From: Callorhinchus milii
Lineage: Eukaryota
Assembly (NCBI RefSeq): GCF_018977255.1
Contig: NW_024704743.1
Span: 17,300,001-17,364,000, forward strand
Direction: 5' to 3'
DNA: 64,000 nucleotides
Shown: one piece after another, positions 47,201 through 57,748 of the stretch
Position numbering within the stretch: position 1 is the stretch's first letter
Layout of the letters: each line of letters opens with the position of its first letter
Notes under the pieces: generated by a model
Told to the model about the DNA's origin: nothing
The model's database searches: none
The model's input: only the letters and a program-made list of their open reading frames with translations
Translations under genes and position numbers: made by a program

Positions 47201-48835
47201 AGGGACCCGGAGCAGGCTGGTGCCCGCTGAGCGGACAGGCCAGTATGGGGTTAACAGACTGCTTTATAATTTGCTAGATGGTATGTGAAGGCAAGCAATG
47301 TAAAGATTAATAATGTGGGTGCGTGCATTGGAACAATTGCATTTTTTCAATAATCTATTTTCAACACAGTTGTGTAACCTGTGGTATTTGCTCCACTATC
47401 TCAGCCTGAGAAACGCCTGGAGTTGTTTATGAAAGCTGTTGGAAAGCACCATGAACTAATGACTGAAGCTCAGGTCGGTAAAGGTAAGCAAGTGGCTTTG
47501 CCGTGCCTATCACCATTCCAATTCTTTGCAAAGTTTTTAAATAAATCCAGTTTGAATTTATAAATGATTACTTTCGACAATATTCTTATATATTCAGGCT
47601 TTGACCGCCACCTCCTGGGTCTTCTGCAAATAGCTAAAGAGGAAGGTCTTCCGGTGCCTGAGCTTTATACAGACATTGGCTTTACTAGAAGGTATTTTAA
47701 TCCTTCAATAAACATTGAATTGTAATGCAATCTGACTGGTCAGATGTACGCTTGTATATATTAGCATAAACTCGGTAGGCTAGTTGCCTGAATGCATTAA
47801 TGGCCTTTTACAATGGCATCAATTTAGTTTCTTATTGTGGCTTCTTTTTGCAGTGGTGGTGGAGGGAACTTTGTCCTTTCAACTAGTCTTGTTGGATACA
47901 CTACAGTCCTAGGTGCTGTTGTTCCTATGGTACGCAATGGTTATGGATTCTTCTACCGGATCCGAGATGACAGGCAAGTGTCCAGAACGTCTTAAACCGC
48001 AGACTTGAGCAATGAAATCCAAGTGTTGTAAATTTATCCTCTAAAGCACGGTGTTCCAACTGGCAGCCCACAGGCCACATCTGGCCCAGGAGATGATTCC
48101 ATCAGACCGCCTGCTCTCTCCTCATGGCAGTGGCAGGAGCTGGTGGTTGAGGGAACGAGGTGGGTAAGGAGACGCACTTGCCTTCCCCTCAGCTCGACAG
48201 GAACCCCCTGATAGACTGCAGCAACGGGCGGCATTATTTCCTACTCCCCACGGCTCAATGCGCTACATTTCATCAGGAAGCACCTCCCGAGCTGAGAGGA
48301 AGGTAAGCAGGTCTCCTTACCAACCGTATCCTCCCAAGCAACTGGCAAATAGTGAGCAACCCCGCGCACGTCAAGACCTAACTATTTGACTGTGCTTTCG
48401 GTTATCTTTTCCCTCCCTATCCCACCTGCCTCGGCTATCACACCCAGGTACCCAGCCGGTAGTGTCGAGCGCTTTGAGACGTCCTTCTAACATGAAAAAG
48501 GTGCTATGTGAATGCTATAATTCTGGAAGGGAAACACAAAAATATTGCTTATGTGCCCATGGACGTTTTTCAAATAGGGCATCCGGCACTCAGCAATAAG
48601 GGTGTTAAGGCATTGGAAAAGGTATAGATTCACTCAGATGCAACCAGGTATGAAGGGGTTTAAAAATGAGCACAGAAATATTATGCGTGATACATTTCCC
48701 CTATCACTCTACAGGATTGTGGTAGCTTGTTCAGCCTGGAAGTCCAGTCCAGAGACCAATGCAGAAGAACTGTACAAGGCTGTCTCCCTGTCCTTCCAGG
48801 AAATGGTGCAGATGGTGTCAAAATCCCAGCTTTAA
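23183..48835 (+). CDS. CROT: Peroxisomal carnitine O-octanoyltransferase gene (16 coding exons, ~611 aa; one apparent +1 frameshift in coding exon 1)
   Basis: Spliced translation is colinear with vertebrate [39 protein letters not shown] (catalytic His), [37 protein letters not shown]. Splice phases are consistent for all introns apart from the extra base. Confidence 0.97.
23923..24047 (+). CDS. CROT: CROT coding exon 2
   Basis: (V)[48 protein letters not shown]; 125 nt. Confidence 0.95.
24190..24425 (+). repeat. Copy of family X, 3' part
   Basis: GGGGTCCCCAAGCCTTGGCTCT...TCTCAGTTTGGTTTGGA..CTCTTAA.CATGGTGATGG. Confidence 0.85.
25050..25350 (-). repeat. Internally deleted copy of family X
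   Basis: Reverse complement joins the 5' end (GACTATCCTC..GGGGTCTCCTTGGAGCTG) to the 3' part (ACTCCAGCAG...TAAGCATGG). Confidence 0.75.
25435..26280. repeat. Compound G-rich tandem repeats
   Basis: GGCCTGGGGGCGGCGAGA x~4, GGGGGGAGCGTGGGGT-type array, GGGGGCACTGAGTGGTTT / CACTGAGTCACTG units at both ends. Confidence 0.92.
26635..27110 (+). repeat. Copy of family X
   Basis: Colinear with 28430-28870. Confidence 0.88.
27189..27370 (+). CDS. CROT: CROT coding exon 3
   Basis: [60 protein letters not shown](K); 182 nt; AG/GTAAG. Confidence 0.96.
28275..28870 (+). repeat. Longest copy of unclassified hairpin-rich repeat (family X)
   Basis: Homologous segments at ~4790, 6235, 24190, 25050, 26635, 33170, 34325 and 40305; several perfect stems; no convincing ORF. 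Confidence 0.88.
29157..29281 (+). CDS. CROT: CROT coding exon 4
   Basis: [41 protein letters not shown]; 125 nt. Confidence 0.95.
29295..29656 (-). mobile_element. Deu-type SINE, long form, full length
   Basis: Head GTGGAGTCCTGTAGCTCAG, internal long segment and tail on the - strand. Confidence 0.92.
31022..31130 (+). CDS. CROT: CROT coding exon 5
   Basis: [35 protein letters not shown](R); 109 nt. Confidence 0.95.
31150..31830 (-). mobile_element. Nested SINEs: young short form (31231-31560) inside an older long form
   Basis: Older copy breaks at ...TACTGTAAA and resumes at AAAGTGAAGTGAATTGAC after the young copy. Confidence 0.88.
31865..32335 (+). mobile_element. L2 3' fragment containing a 21-bp tandem repeat (CCCAATTCCCCCCACCCGCCT x~6, 32147-32270)
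   Basis: [18 protein letters not shown] remnant; tail CAGCGCCTTGGGACGTCCTCCGACGTGAAAGG. Confidence 0.85.
32722..32985 (-). mobile_element. L2 3' end (second family) with (GTT)n tail
   Basis: GGGACGTCCTCCCGACGTGAAAGGCGCTCTACAAATGAAATGTTGTTG on the - strand. Confidence 0.88.
34072..34165 (+). CDS. CROT: CROT coding exon 6
   Basis: [31 protein letters not shown]; 94 nt. Confidence 0.95.
34325..34718 (+). repeat. Copy of family X
   Basis: ACTGGGGGCAGGGAATCATCCCACTCAG...GTCAGACATCCAGCTGACCAAAAAAAAA. Confidence 0.88.
35260..35385 (+). CDS. CROT: CROT coding exon 7
   Basis: [42 protein letters not shown]; 126 nt. Confidence 0.96.
35885..36581 (+). mobile_element. L2 LINE 3' fragment ending at the CROT exon 8 acceptor
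   Basis: [26 protein letters not shown]; tail TATATAAATCCAAGTTGTTGTTGTT directly followed by CTTTCAG. Confidence 0.93.
36589..36690 (+). CDS. CROT: CROT coding exon 8
   Basis: [34 protein letters not shown]; 102 nt. Confidence 0.96.
37872..37955 (+). CDS. CROT: CROT coding exon 9 (starts with catalytic His)
   Basis: [28 protein letters not shown]; 84 nt. Confidence 0.96.
38335..38672 (+). mobile_element. Deu-type SINE, long form
   Basis: B-box remnant, internal long segment, core and tail. Confidence 0.88.
39372..39479 (+). CDS. CROT: CROT coding exon 10
   Basis: [36 protein letters not shown]; 108 nt. Confidence 0.96.
39550..40060 (+). mobile_element. L2 LINE 3' fragment
   Basis: [10 protein letters not shown]..., [30 protein letters not shown]. 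Confidence 0.92.
40305..40595 (+). repeat. Copy of family X, 3' half
   Basis: GAAACTTGCCAGACAGC...TTAGACTCCAGCAC...GTGTCAGACACCGG. Confidence 0.82.
40801..40928 (+). CDS. CROT: CROT coding exon 11
   Basis: [42 protein letters not shown](R); 128 nt. Confidence 0.95.
40990..41275 (+). mobile_element. Deu-type SINE, long form, 5'-truncated
   Basis: Internal segment, core and tail. Confidence 0.85.
41600..43310 (+). mobile_element. L2 LINE fragment interrupted by a CR1 3' end (~41900-42265)
   Basis: [41 protein letters not shown]1 insert with ATTCTACGATTCTATG tail. Confidence 0.9.
45024..45147 (+). CDS. CROT: CROT coding exon 12
   Basis: [41 protein letters not shown]; 124 nt. Confidence 0.97.
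45280..47190 (-). mobile_element. L2 LINE, 5'-truncated, with most of the RT domain (defective)
   Basis: [46 protein letters not shown] (YADD mutated); frameshifts; (GTT)n tail. Confidence 0.95.
47405..47483 (+). CDS. CROT: CROT coding exon 13
   Basis: [26 protein letters not shown](G); 79 nt; TCTCAG| and |GTAAG. Confidence 0.9.
47598..47691 (+). CDS. CROT: CROT coding exon 14
   Basis: [30 protein letters not shown](S); 94 nt. Confidence 0.97.
47854..47973 (+). CDS. CROT: CROT coding exon 15 (GC donor)
   Basis: [39 protein letters not shown](R); 120 nt; donor CAG|GCAAGT. Confidence 0.95.
48715..48835 (+). CDS. CROT: CROT coding exon 16 (stop TAA; PTS1-like SQL)
   Basis: [39 protein letters not shown]. 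Confidence 0.96.
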
Positions 48836-50473
48836 GTATTGACCACGCAGAAAGCATTTTTGCAGATAATGATTAAAATGCTAATTTCTTTCACATTTGC
48901 ACAGGTCTACTGGTTAACAACATATGAAAACCCTGTAAGTTTCTTCTGTGAATTTTACTTCAAGGACTTGAAAATATAATGGTTTCATTGCAACAGCAAT
49001 GCAAAATATTAGAAATATTGGCACATTACAATGCAAGATGTTTACAGTAACAATGCAGACTTCAGGAACCAGAAGAGGCAGAGGGAAAGTAAAACGTTAC
49101 AGCTATTTGTCATATCGCTACTTAAAATAGCTTTTTGTCCTTTCAGGTTTCTGGAAAAGTAAAATGAACAAACTTTCTTTAACTCTTGACAATTGTACAT
49201 TGTCAGTGTGTTTATTCTCTGTAAACATTCCTTAAAAAATCTAAAAAATTGAAACTAGGAATCCGTTTGGATTTTCATGTCTCGTGGGGAGAAAGTTGAT
49301 ACCTTCCTCTGTTTTTAACATGTGTAAATATGATTTTAGAAATTATAATATACATTTGATATTTGCAGTAAAGAATCAGTCTTTATTATTAATCTTTCTA
49401 TTGTATTAATAGGCAATTGAACATATTTGATCTTTTCTGTGATTACCATTGGATACGTGACTAGGTCTAACACTGGCAGGAAGTAAATCTGACTAGTCAT
49501 GTGTTTATGTTTCTGAAGGAAACAAACATTTTGGCATTGGGAGCTTGATTGTTTCTTGAGTCTCCACAGGTCCTGTAGGTTTATAATTATGGTTTTCTGG
49601 AAACATTTTCCCACAAACTGTCTATTGATCACATTTGAAGTTATTATTTATGAATTGAAGGAAATGAGAATCTACATGCCAGCAGTACCTGACAGATGGG
49701 TAACTGACCTGGGAGGATGGATATCTGACCCTGTTGAAATGTACACATTGGTTTGGATGAAGAAGGCCCTCTGGCCAATCCAGTCTCATCCTTCCAGAAC
49801 ACCCACTTCTGTCTACTCACACCACCACAGAATGCTCAGACACTCACAGCTATTTTTTAAGTGAATCCGGTGTCCTGGCCTTGACCACTTTTCCTAGCAA
49901 TCTATTACAGTCATGATTATCTCTTAGGAAAGAATTGGGTAACATCGGGCTGTAATTGGCGTTACACAATAGCCCTTTTGATGATTCACAATTATGATGG
50001 GGAAATTCCTTAAGTGCCAATGTATTATAATAATATTAATCCTATTTGGTATAGTGTCTATCATGTCGAGAGGACGTCTCAATGTGCTTCACGGAATATA
50101 CTACAAACTGCAGTGACTGTATTTTGTGGGTGAAGACTGCAGGGTTTGGAGTTGTAGCGGGCAATTTTATAGCAGACGCCAGGAATTTTTCGTTACACAG
50201 AGCGGATAATCAACAACTGACAGGTTGCCAGGACTGGTGATAGAAGCCAGGACACTGGACTCATTTTAAAAACCAGTGCGACTCTGTGATGAGGGGATAG
50301 TAGGGTAGGTTGGAATTGGATAAGACAAAGGGCCTTATTCATCCAAATCAATCTTGTGAATTTTCTTAAATTGCTGCAGTCATTTTAATATTATGTTACA
50401 AAGAATTTATTTATGTAAACAAAATACGGTGACTGAGTTATAAACTACAATCTGAAATGTTTGAGATCAACAA

Positions 50474-50479
50474 AATAAA
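50474..50479 (+). terminator. Candidate CROT polyadenylation signal
   Basis: AATAAA after a ~1.6-kb AT-rich stretch, just before a CR1 insertion; first canonical hexamer I noticed downstream of the stop. Confidence 0.3.
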
Positions 50480-50509
50480 AAAGGCAAAATTTATCTTTGA
50501 AAATCAAAA

Positions 50510-52290
50510 CAGGGAGACTCTGGCCACAATCTTTCAATTCTCCTTGGATATGGGAAGTGGTGCCAGAGGACTGGAGGGTTGCAAATGTTACACCCTGTTC
50601 AAAAAAGGGAGAGGGATAAACCTGGTAAGTACAGGCCAGTCATCCTGTTGTGGTAGTAGGGAAACTTCTAGAGATGATAATCCGGGACAAAATTAATTTT
50701 AATTTGGAAAAACATGGGTTAATAAAGGACAGCCAACACGGATTTGTTAAAGGTAAATCATGTCTAATTAACTTGATTGAGTTCTTCGATGAAGTAATGG
50801 AGAGGGTTGATGGAGGGTAGTGCTGTTGATGTTGTATATGTGGACGAAGCCTTTGATAAAGGGCCACATGATAGACTTGTTAGCAAAATTGAAGGCCATG
50901 GATTAAGGAAACAGTGGATTCGAAATTGGCTTGGAGACTGAAAAACAACCGTTCACCTCTAATCCTTTGCTTTCTGACTGGAGGGAGATGTACAGTGGTG
51001 TCCCCCAAGGGTCGGTATTAGAACCACTGCTCTTTTTAATATAAATTAATGACTTGGGTATAGAGAGCAAACTTTTAAAGTTGCAGATGACACAAAACTT
51101 GGAAATGTAGCAAACAGTGAGGAGGATAGCAACAGACTGCAGAAGGACATAGACAGGCTGGTGGAATGGGCAGACCCGTGGCAGATGGAATTTAATGCAG
51201 AGAAGTCTGAAGTTATGCATTTTGGGAGGATGGATGAGGAGAAGCAATATAAGATAAATCATACAATTCTAAAGGGGGTACAGGAAAAGAGTGACCTGGG
51301 GTTTCACATTAATAATAATAATAATAATAATCCTTGCATTTGATATAGCGCTTTTCACGTCAGGAGGACGTCCCAAAGCGCTTCACAGAACACACTGTAA
51401 AGTGAATTGACTGTATATTTGTGGGCGAACGCGGCAGCCAATTGCGCACAGCAATGTCCCACAAACAGTCGTAGATTGAAAATGACCAATTTATTATTGT
51501 TTTTGGTTTTTGGAGGGATTATTATTAGGCTCTGTGTGGAGTAAGGAAACTTGCCCAAGGTTTCGCCCTCTGCCTGGAATTGAACTCAGGTCTCTCACTT
51601 GCAAAGCGAGTGCTCTAACCACTGAGCTACAGGACTCCACCTTTGGACATTCACAAATCTTTGAAGGTAGCAGGACAAAGCTGTTAAAAAAGCAAATGGG
51701 ATGTTGGCTTTATAAACAGAGGCATAGAGTATAAAAGCAAGGAAGTTATGTTGAACCTTTACAAATTACTGGTTAGGTCTCAGCAGGAGTATTGTGTCCA
51801 ATTCTGGGAACCACACATTAGGAAGGATGTCAGAGCCTTGGTGAGGGTGCATATGAGATTTACAAGAATTATACCAGAGATGAGGAACTACAATTATGTG
51901 GAGACTAGAGAGGCTGGGATTATTCTCCTTAGAGCAGAGAAGGTTGAGCGGAGATTTAATAGAGGTGTTTTCAAAATTATGAGAGGTTTTGATAAAGTAG
52001 ATAGGGAGAAACTATTTCCTCTGGCTGGTCGGTCAATAACCAGAGGACGCAGATTTAAGATGATTGGCAAATGAAACAAAGGGGAGATGAGTAGAATTTT
52101 TTTTCCCCAGGGAATTGTTATGATCTGGAATGCACTGCCTGAAAGGGTGGTGCAAACAGATTCAATGATAGCTTTCAAAAGGGAATTAGACAGGTACTTA
52201 AAAAGGAAAAATTTGCAGCTCTATATTTCAAAGAGCCGGCACAGGCTGAATGACCTCCTTCTGTGCTATAAAATTCTATAATTCTACGAT
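50510..52290 (+). mobile_element. CR1 LINE fragment with SINE insertion
   Basis: EDWRVANVTPCSK, SQHGFVKGKSCLINLIEFF, EWADPWQMEFNAEK, LYKLLVRSQQEYCVQFW; CR1 tail. Confidence 0.93.
51310..51640 (-). mobile_element. Deu-type SINE, short form, full length, inside CR1
   Basis: Near-identical to copies at 11157, 31231 and 57423. Confidence 0.95.
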
Positions 52291-52294
52291 TAAT

Positions 52295-52735
52295 TAAGTG
52301 ACAAAACAAGCAGCCATATTTAGGAATAAGTTTCTGAATGGTATTCATTTCGGCCAATGTATTTGAAACCACTATGTCTTTTGTTGTTTGATTTGAAAAA
52401 AGTGTATACGATTGGATCTGTCTATTCGGACTGTAGATTTCTTTGCCAGTCTCGATCCTGAAATGTAACTCCAATTTGGAAATAAATAAATATGCTCTTG
52501 AACAGCAGTTACAAACCTTGTGGGTGTTTTTTTTGTGGTTTGTTTGATCATTTTTGTGCATCCACATAATAGTCTCATTCTAAGCGAGGAAGTTGGGTTG
52601 TTCTGTGATGTTTGTAGTGGCTCGGTTGATCAGTTTAGTTCAACTTTCAATCAGGATGTTTATAAACGCCCCTCCTAAAAATGAAAACATATATACGCAA
52701 GTCAACTTCCACAAGCTACAGGAGGTGCCAATCAA
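52295..52735. repeat. Unclassified ~450-bp segment duplicated at 54315-54810
   Basis: Shared blocks TTGTTTGATTTGAAAA, ACTGTAGATTT, AACCTTGTGGGTGT, GTCTCATTCTAAG.GAGGAA, TTTCAATCAGGATGTTTATAAAC.CCCCTCC. Confidence 0.8.
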
Positions 52736-53349
52736 TACAATATATATTTACCTTTCACATGTTGAATCCTGTAGCATAGAGCACTTGCCTCGCAAGCAAG
52801 AGGATCCAGGTTCGATTCCTGGGCAGGGCAAAACCCGAGGCAAGTTTCCTTGCTCCACACACCTCTGTTTACCTAGCAGTAAGTAGGAACCTGGTTTTAG
52901 TTGATTGACAGAGCGTTTTCTGAGGGTAATAATCCTTTCAAAAAATAATTAAAAATAATAGTAATTTGGTCCCTCAATCCACGACTGCTGCTGGATGCAA
53001 TTGGTGGCTGCGCTTCGCCCACAAAATAAACAGTCAGTGCACTTCATATATACCGAAGGTGTGGTTGATGTGGAGGGTCTTGAGACATACCCTGAAGACT
53101 GAGATGGAGTTGCAAAGGGTGGAGCCAAAGAGGCTGAAGGCCTGACTACCGATGGTGGGGTGAGCCGGATGGGGGACATAGGGCAGGCCGGAATCTGACT
53201 ATGTATTCCTTAAAGAATTAGATGTTTGAAGATTAGGAATATTAAAGTGTATGAAGTGAGGGATTAGATTGATTCATGTGGAGAAACACATCAGCGCAAA
53301 TTTGCTGGGACAGATCGGTAGTTTCTATTCCATGATGATCTTTAGGGAT

Positions 53350-53775
53350 CAACAACAAGTTACATTTGTATAGCCCCTTTCACGTCAGGAGGACATCCCA
53401 AAGTGCTGGACAGTTAGGGATCTGCACCCGAGCTGATGGGTGGGATCAGATAGATTGGAGGGTGGGGGGGTAGGAGTAGGAGGGTGACCAAAAACATGGT
53501 CGAAGAGGAGGGTCTTGAGACGGGTCTTGAAGGAGGCAAAGGAAGGGGCGAGGTGGAGGGACTGTGGGATAGAGTTCCAGAGGATGGGGCAGAGAGGCTG
53601 AAGGCTCCCCTGATAATGAGGCGGAGGACAAGAAGCAGACCGGAGCCCCCTGAACGGAGGGAGCGGACAGATTGGGAGGGGTTAGGAGGTCCCAGAGATA
53701 GGGAGGAGCAAGGCCATGGAACGCTTTGAAGGTGAGGACCAGGATCTCTGAGTGATGGGGAGCAGCCTGATTCAG
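53350..53775 (-). mobile_element. L2 3' fragment (second family)
   Basis: ILVLTFKAFHGLAPPYLWDLL; tail GGGATGTCCTCCTGACGTGAAAGGGGCTATACAAATG. Confidence 0.88.
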
Positions 53776-54314
53776 TTGAAAGCACACTCGCCTATGAATC
53801 AGAAGGTTTGGAGTTCAAGCACCAAGTAAGGTCTTTGATCTCATGGGTTAGGCTAACTCCAGTGCAGTGCTTGGAGAATGCTGCATTGTCAGAGGCGCTT
53901 TGAATGAGACATTAAACCAAGGTCCTGTCTGCCTGTTGAAATGGACATGAAAGATCCCATGGCTATATTCAAAAAGAGAAGGGAGTTTTTCCTGTTTTTC
54001 TGGCTAACAATCTTCCCCCAAATAAGATTGGTCACTTACTTCAAGGCAGTTTGTGGGACTTTGCTCTGTGCAAATTGAATTCTACCATCATAAGCGCTTC
54101 ATTTTACAGAAATCTTCGCAAAGAACTTTGAGATGTTTCAACATAAAATGCTACATCAAATGAAAGAATTATTTATTAATGATTCTATAAAGCAGAGACA
54201 TCTAAATACAGTAATGGTAAAATAGGCAGAATTTGTGTGAACCAAATGATGCATTAATTGTAGATAAAAGCATTGGGGGGTTGATGATTTATTAAATGAA
54301 AAACTAAATGTCTA

Positions 54315-54810
54315 TTTATCAATAACATTTTCTGAATTCTATTCATTTCAAATGATATAGTTGAAACTATTGTATCTTAATTGTTTGATTTGAAAAGTAA
54401 ATGTGATTGGATCAATTGATTCAAACTGTAGATTTATTTGCACAATCTCATTCCTGAAATGAAACTCTTCGATTTGGAAATAAATTGGCACTAGAACAGC
54501 AGATATAACCTTGTGGGTGTATTTTTTTGGTTTGTTTATAATGTTTTGTATTCCCATAATGGTCTCATTCTAAGAGAGGAACTCAGGCTGTTTTGTGATG
54601 TTTGATCTTCTTAGTCAGGATTTCAATCAGGATGTTTATAAACACCCCTCCCAAAATTACAATACAATTTACAATTACATAGCAGCTTCCACATTGGTAG
54701 GATGTCTCAAAAATGCTTCACTAGATGTTTAGGCGCACGAGATTGAGGGGAGGGGGTGGAAATGTAAAATGAAAACAAATACATGCAGGTCAACTTCTCC
54801 AAGCTGAAGG
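54315..54810. repeat. Second copy of the unclassified duplicated segment
   Basis: Colinear with 52295-52735, with a ~110-bp insertion near 54657-54765. Confidence 0.8.
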
Positions 54811-55234
54811 AGACATCAGATGTTTGAATCCATCCTGTTAATGCTCTATATACTTTCACCCACTAAAATATACACTCAATTCACTTTACAGTATATTCTG
54901 TGAAGCGATTTGCAACGTCTTGAAGACGTGATAAGGCGCTGTATCCAGATATATATTAATATATTCGGCTCCAGTTTACTAAACCATAGGAAGCCTTTTA
55001 GTCACTCTAATTGGGAACACTGTCATCTCAACCCTCCTCACCTTCAAAATCTGCCTTAAGAGCTATCTCCTCAACCGTGCTTTCTGCACTTTTAAGACGC
55101 ATCAATGGGAATCAACAACTCATTCCAGCACCTTGGAGAGAAAGGGCATGTTGGAGATGGATCAGTAGTTCAAGATCGACCTCAAGGCCCACACACTTTT
55201 GGGAGGGGTGTTTATAAACATCCCGATTGAAATC

Positions 55235-55770
55235 CAGCCGTAACCCTTGTGCATGCGTTTGTCACCTCCCGCCTGGATTACTCCAACGCACTCCCCGCCG
55301 GTCTCCCCAGCTCCACTATTCAAAAGATCCAGCTCATTCAGAATTCTACCGCCTGCATACTGACATCTCACCGGTTCCACTGGCTCCCCATGACTGAATG
55401 GATCGACTTCAAGATCCTCACACTCATGTTCAAATCCCTTCACTCCCTGGCACCTCCCTACCTCTCCGACCCCCTCACTCCCCGATCCACCACCCGGCAC
55501 CTCCGCTCAACTGGCACCAGCCTCCTGCTCGTCCCTCGCACCCTCCGCCCCAACATCGAAAGTCGTGATTTCAGCCACTACTCCGCAAAACTCTGGAACA
55601 CTCCCTCAATCCCTCTGCCTTGCCCCCTCTCTCCCCTCTTTCAAGTCCCACCTGAAAACTTTCCTCTTTGACCGCACTCACGGCCACCTCCCCCACTCCC
55701 CCTGGCTCGGAGTCAGGCTCTGCCACTGTTAAGTGTTCTGAGACGCTACCATGAGTGGAGGGCACTACAT
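55235..55770 (+). mobile_element. L2 3' fragment, same subfamily as 42735-43300
   Basis: [32 protein letters not shown]; near-identical to the 42.7-kb copy. Confidence 0.92.
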
Positions 55771-56564
55771 AGACATACGCAGAATGTTGCAGCCTGGAAA
55801 CAGACCATTCGGCCCAATTAGCCTTTATGTTTCACACGAGCCCCCATCCCTCTTTTTCCTTCTCCTACACCCTTCCATTAGCTTCTCCCTCATGCATGTA
55901 TCAAGTTTCTTCTTACATACATTGATGCTTTTTTCTTCAACCAGTTTCCGATATTGAGTTCCACCTTCTCAGCATTCTCTGGGCATTGGGGCATCCCACT
56001 GTGGTGGTGAAGGTATTCCAGTTCATGGGCCAGTCTGATCGATGAGCAGTACCCAAAGCACTGCTGATTGAAGACCAGCCAGTCTGGCTTATCAATAAAG
56101 CTTGGAAGGACAGACTTGGGGTAGGGATTCTTCTGTTGAGCTCTTTTTAACCCTGCAGCCCAAAGCTCTATTGGGTAGGGTAATCCTGCTTGGTGGTTTG
56201 CCTGACACTGCTCACACAATTATTTGGTCAACAAGATAGCTGGGGTAAATTTGGGGTAAATTCGGAACAAATCTTACGAAAACACAACTTCAGTGAGCAA
56301 GTAGTAAACCTATGGAACATGCTCCCTGGGCAGATGGTGGAAGCAGAAAGTATTGTTTGTTTCAAGAACAAATTAGATAGATTTCTGTGAGAAAAATGAC
56401 ATGTTAAGCGACTGCCAGGATGGTGGAAGGTGAACTAGATGGACCTTGATCTTTTTCTTAGCAGTTCTTATGTTCTTATCCCTTTGTATGGAACAGCATT
56501 TGTACATAAAAATGAACACCAGACAAGCAACAATTTTTCAGATATTTTCATATTAATCACATAT

Positions 56565-56885
56565 GTGGAGTCCTGTAGCTCAGTGGTTAGAGCACTCGCT
56601 TTGCAAGCGAGACACCTGGGTTCAATTCCAGGCAGGGCGAAACCTTGGGCAAGTTTCCTTACTCCACACACCTAATAATAATCCCTCCAAAAACCAAAAA
56701 CAATAATAAATTGGTCATTTTCAATCTACGACTGTTTGTGGGACATTGCTGTGCGCAATTGGCTGCCGCGTTCGCCCACAAATATACAGTCAATTCACTT
56801 TACAGTATATTCTGTGAAGCGCTTTGGGACGTCCTCCCGACATGAAAAGCGCCAAATCAAATGCAAGGATTATTATTATTATTAT
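56565..56885 (+). mobile_element. Deu-type SINE, short form, full length
   Basis: Head to (ATT)n tail. Confidence 0.95.
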
Positions 56886-57422
56886 ATTTCAGTCTCGTAC
56901 TCATCTCAGATCACAAAGAATCTCACAACAATTAAAAGGTTATAAAATAAACCGTTTATTAAAAATAATGAATGTTGAACATAATGTATCGCAAGTATTT
57001 GGTCTTCGTTACAGTTTGTTTTTCTAAACGTGGGATCGCTTTATAATCTTCAATGGTTTCATTTTAAAGAGCCCAGAGTCTTTCCAGTCTCTCAGCTGAC
57101 ATTATTAATCTGTTTGACATTTTGGCAGCTTCTTAAGAGAAACTCCATTGAGTGTGATAAGTGATATGTGATAATAATATTTGCATTTGATCCAGAGACT
57201 TATCACATTGAAATGCCTCAAAGTGCTTTAGTTTTCTGTATATTGTAGTGACTGTTTATCCAGCTGCCAATTTGCACTTTTTTTAAATCGGTGAGGGGGG
57301 TATTGGGGATAGGTTGGCCAACACACAGGGAAAACACTCTACTCTTTTCAAATAGGGTCATGGGATCTTTAATAAATATCTGTACAGGCAGATGGCATCT
57401 CGGTTTTAATGTCTCTGACATT

Positions 57423-57748
57423 TGGAGTCCTGTAGCTCAGTGGTTAGAGCACTCGCTTTGCAAGCGAGAGACCTGAGTTCAATTCCAGGCAGGGCGAAAC
57501 CTTGGGCAAGTTTCCTTACTCCACACAGAGCCTAATAATAATCCCTCCAAAACCAAAAACAATAATAAATTGGTCATTTTCAATCTACGACTGTTTGTGG
57601 GACATTGCTGTGCGCAATTGGCTGCCGCGTTCGCCCACAAATATACAGTCAATTCACTTTACAGTTTGTTCTGTGAAGCGCTTTGGGACGTCCTCCCGAC
57701 GTGAAAAGCGCTATATCAAATGCAAGGATTATTATTATTATTATTATT
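57423..57748 (+). mobile_element. Deu-type SINE, short form, full length
   Basis: Head to (ATT)n tail. Confidence 0.95.

Noticed and set aside
23183..48835. Calling CROT a pseudogene
   Set aside because: Only one lesion, in a homopolymer; all other exons, splice sites and catalytic motifs are intact.
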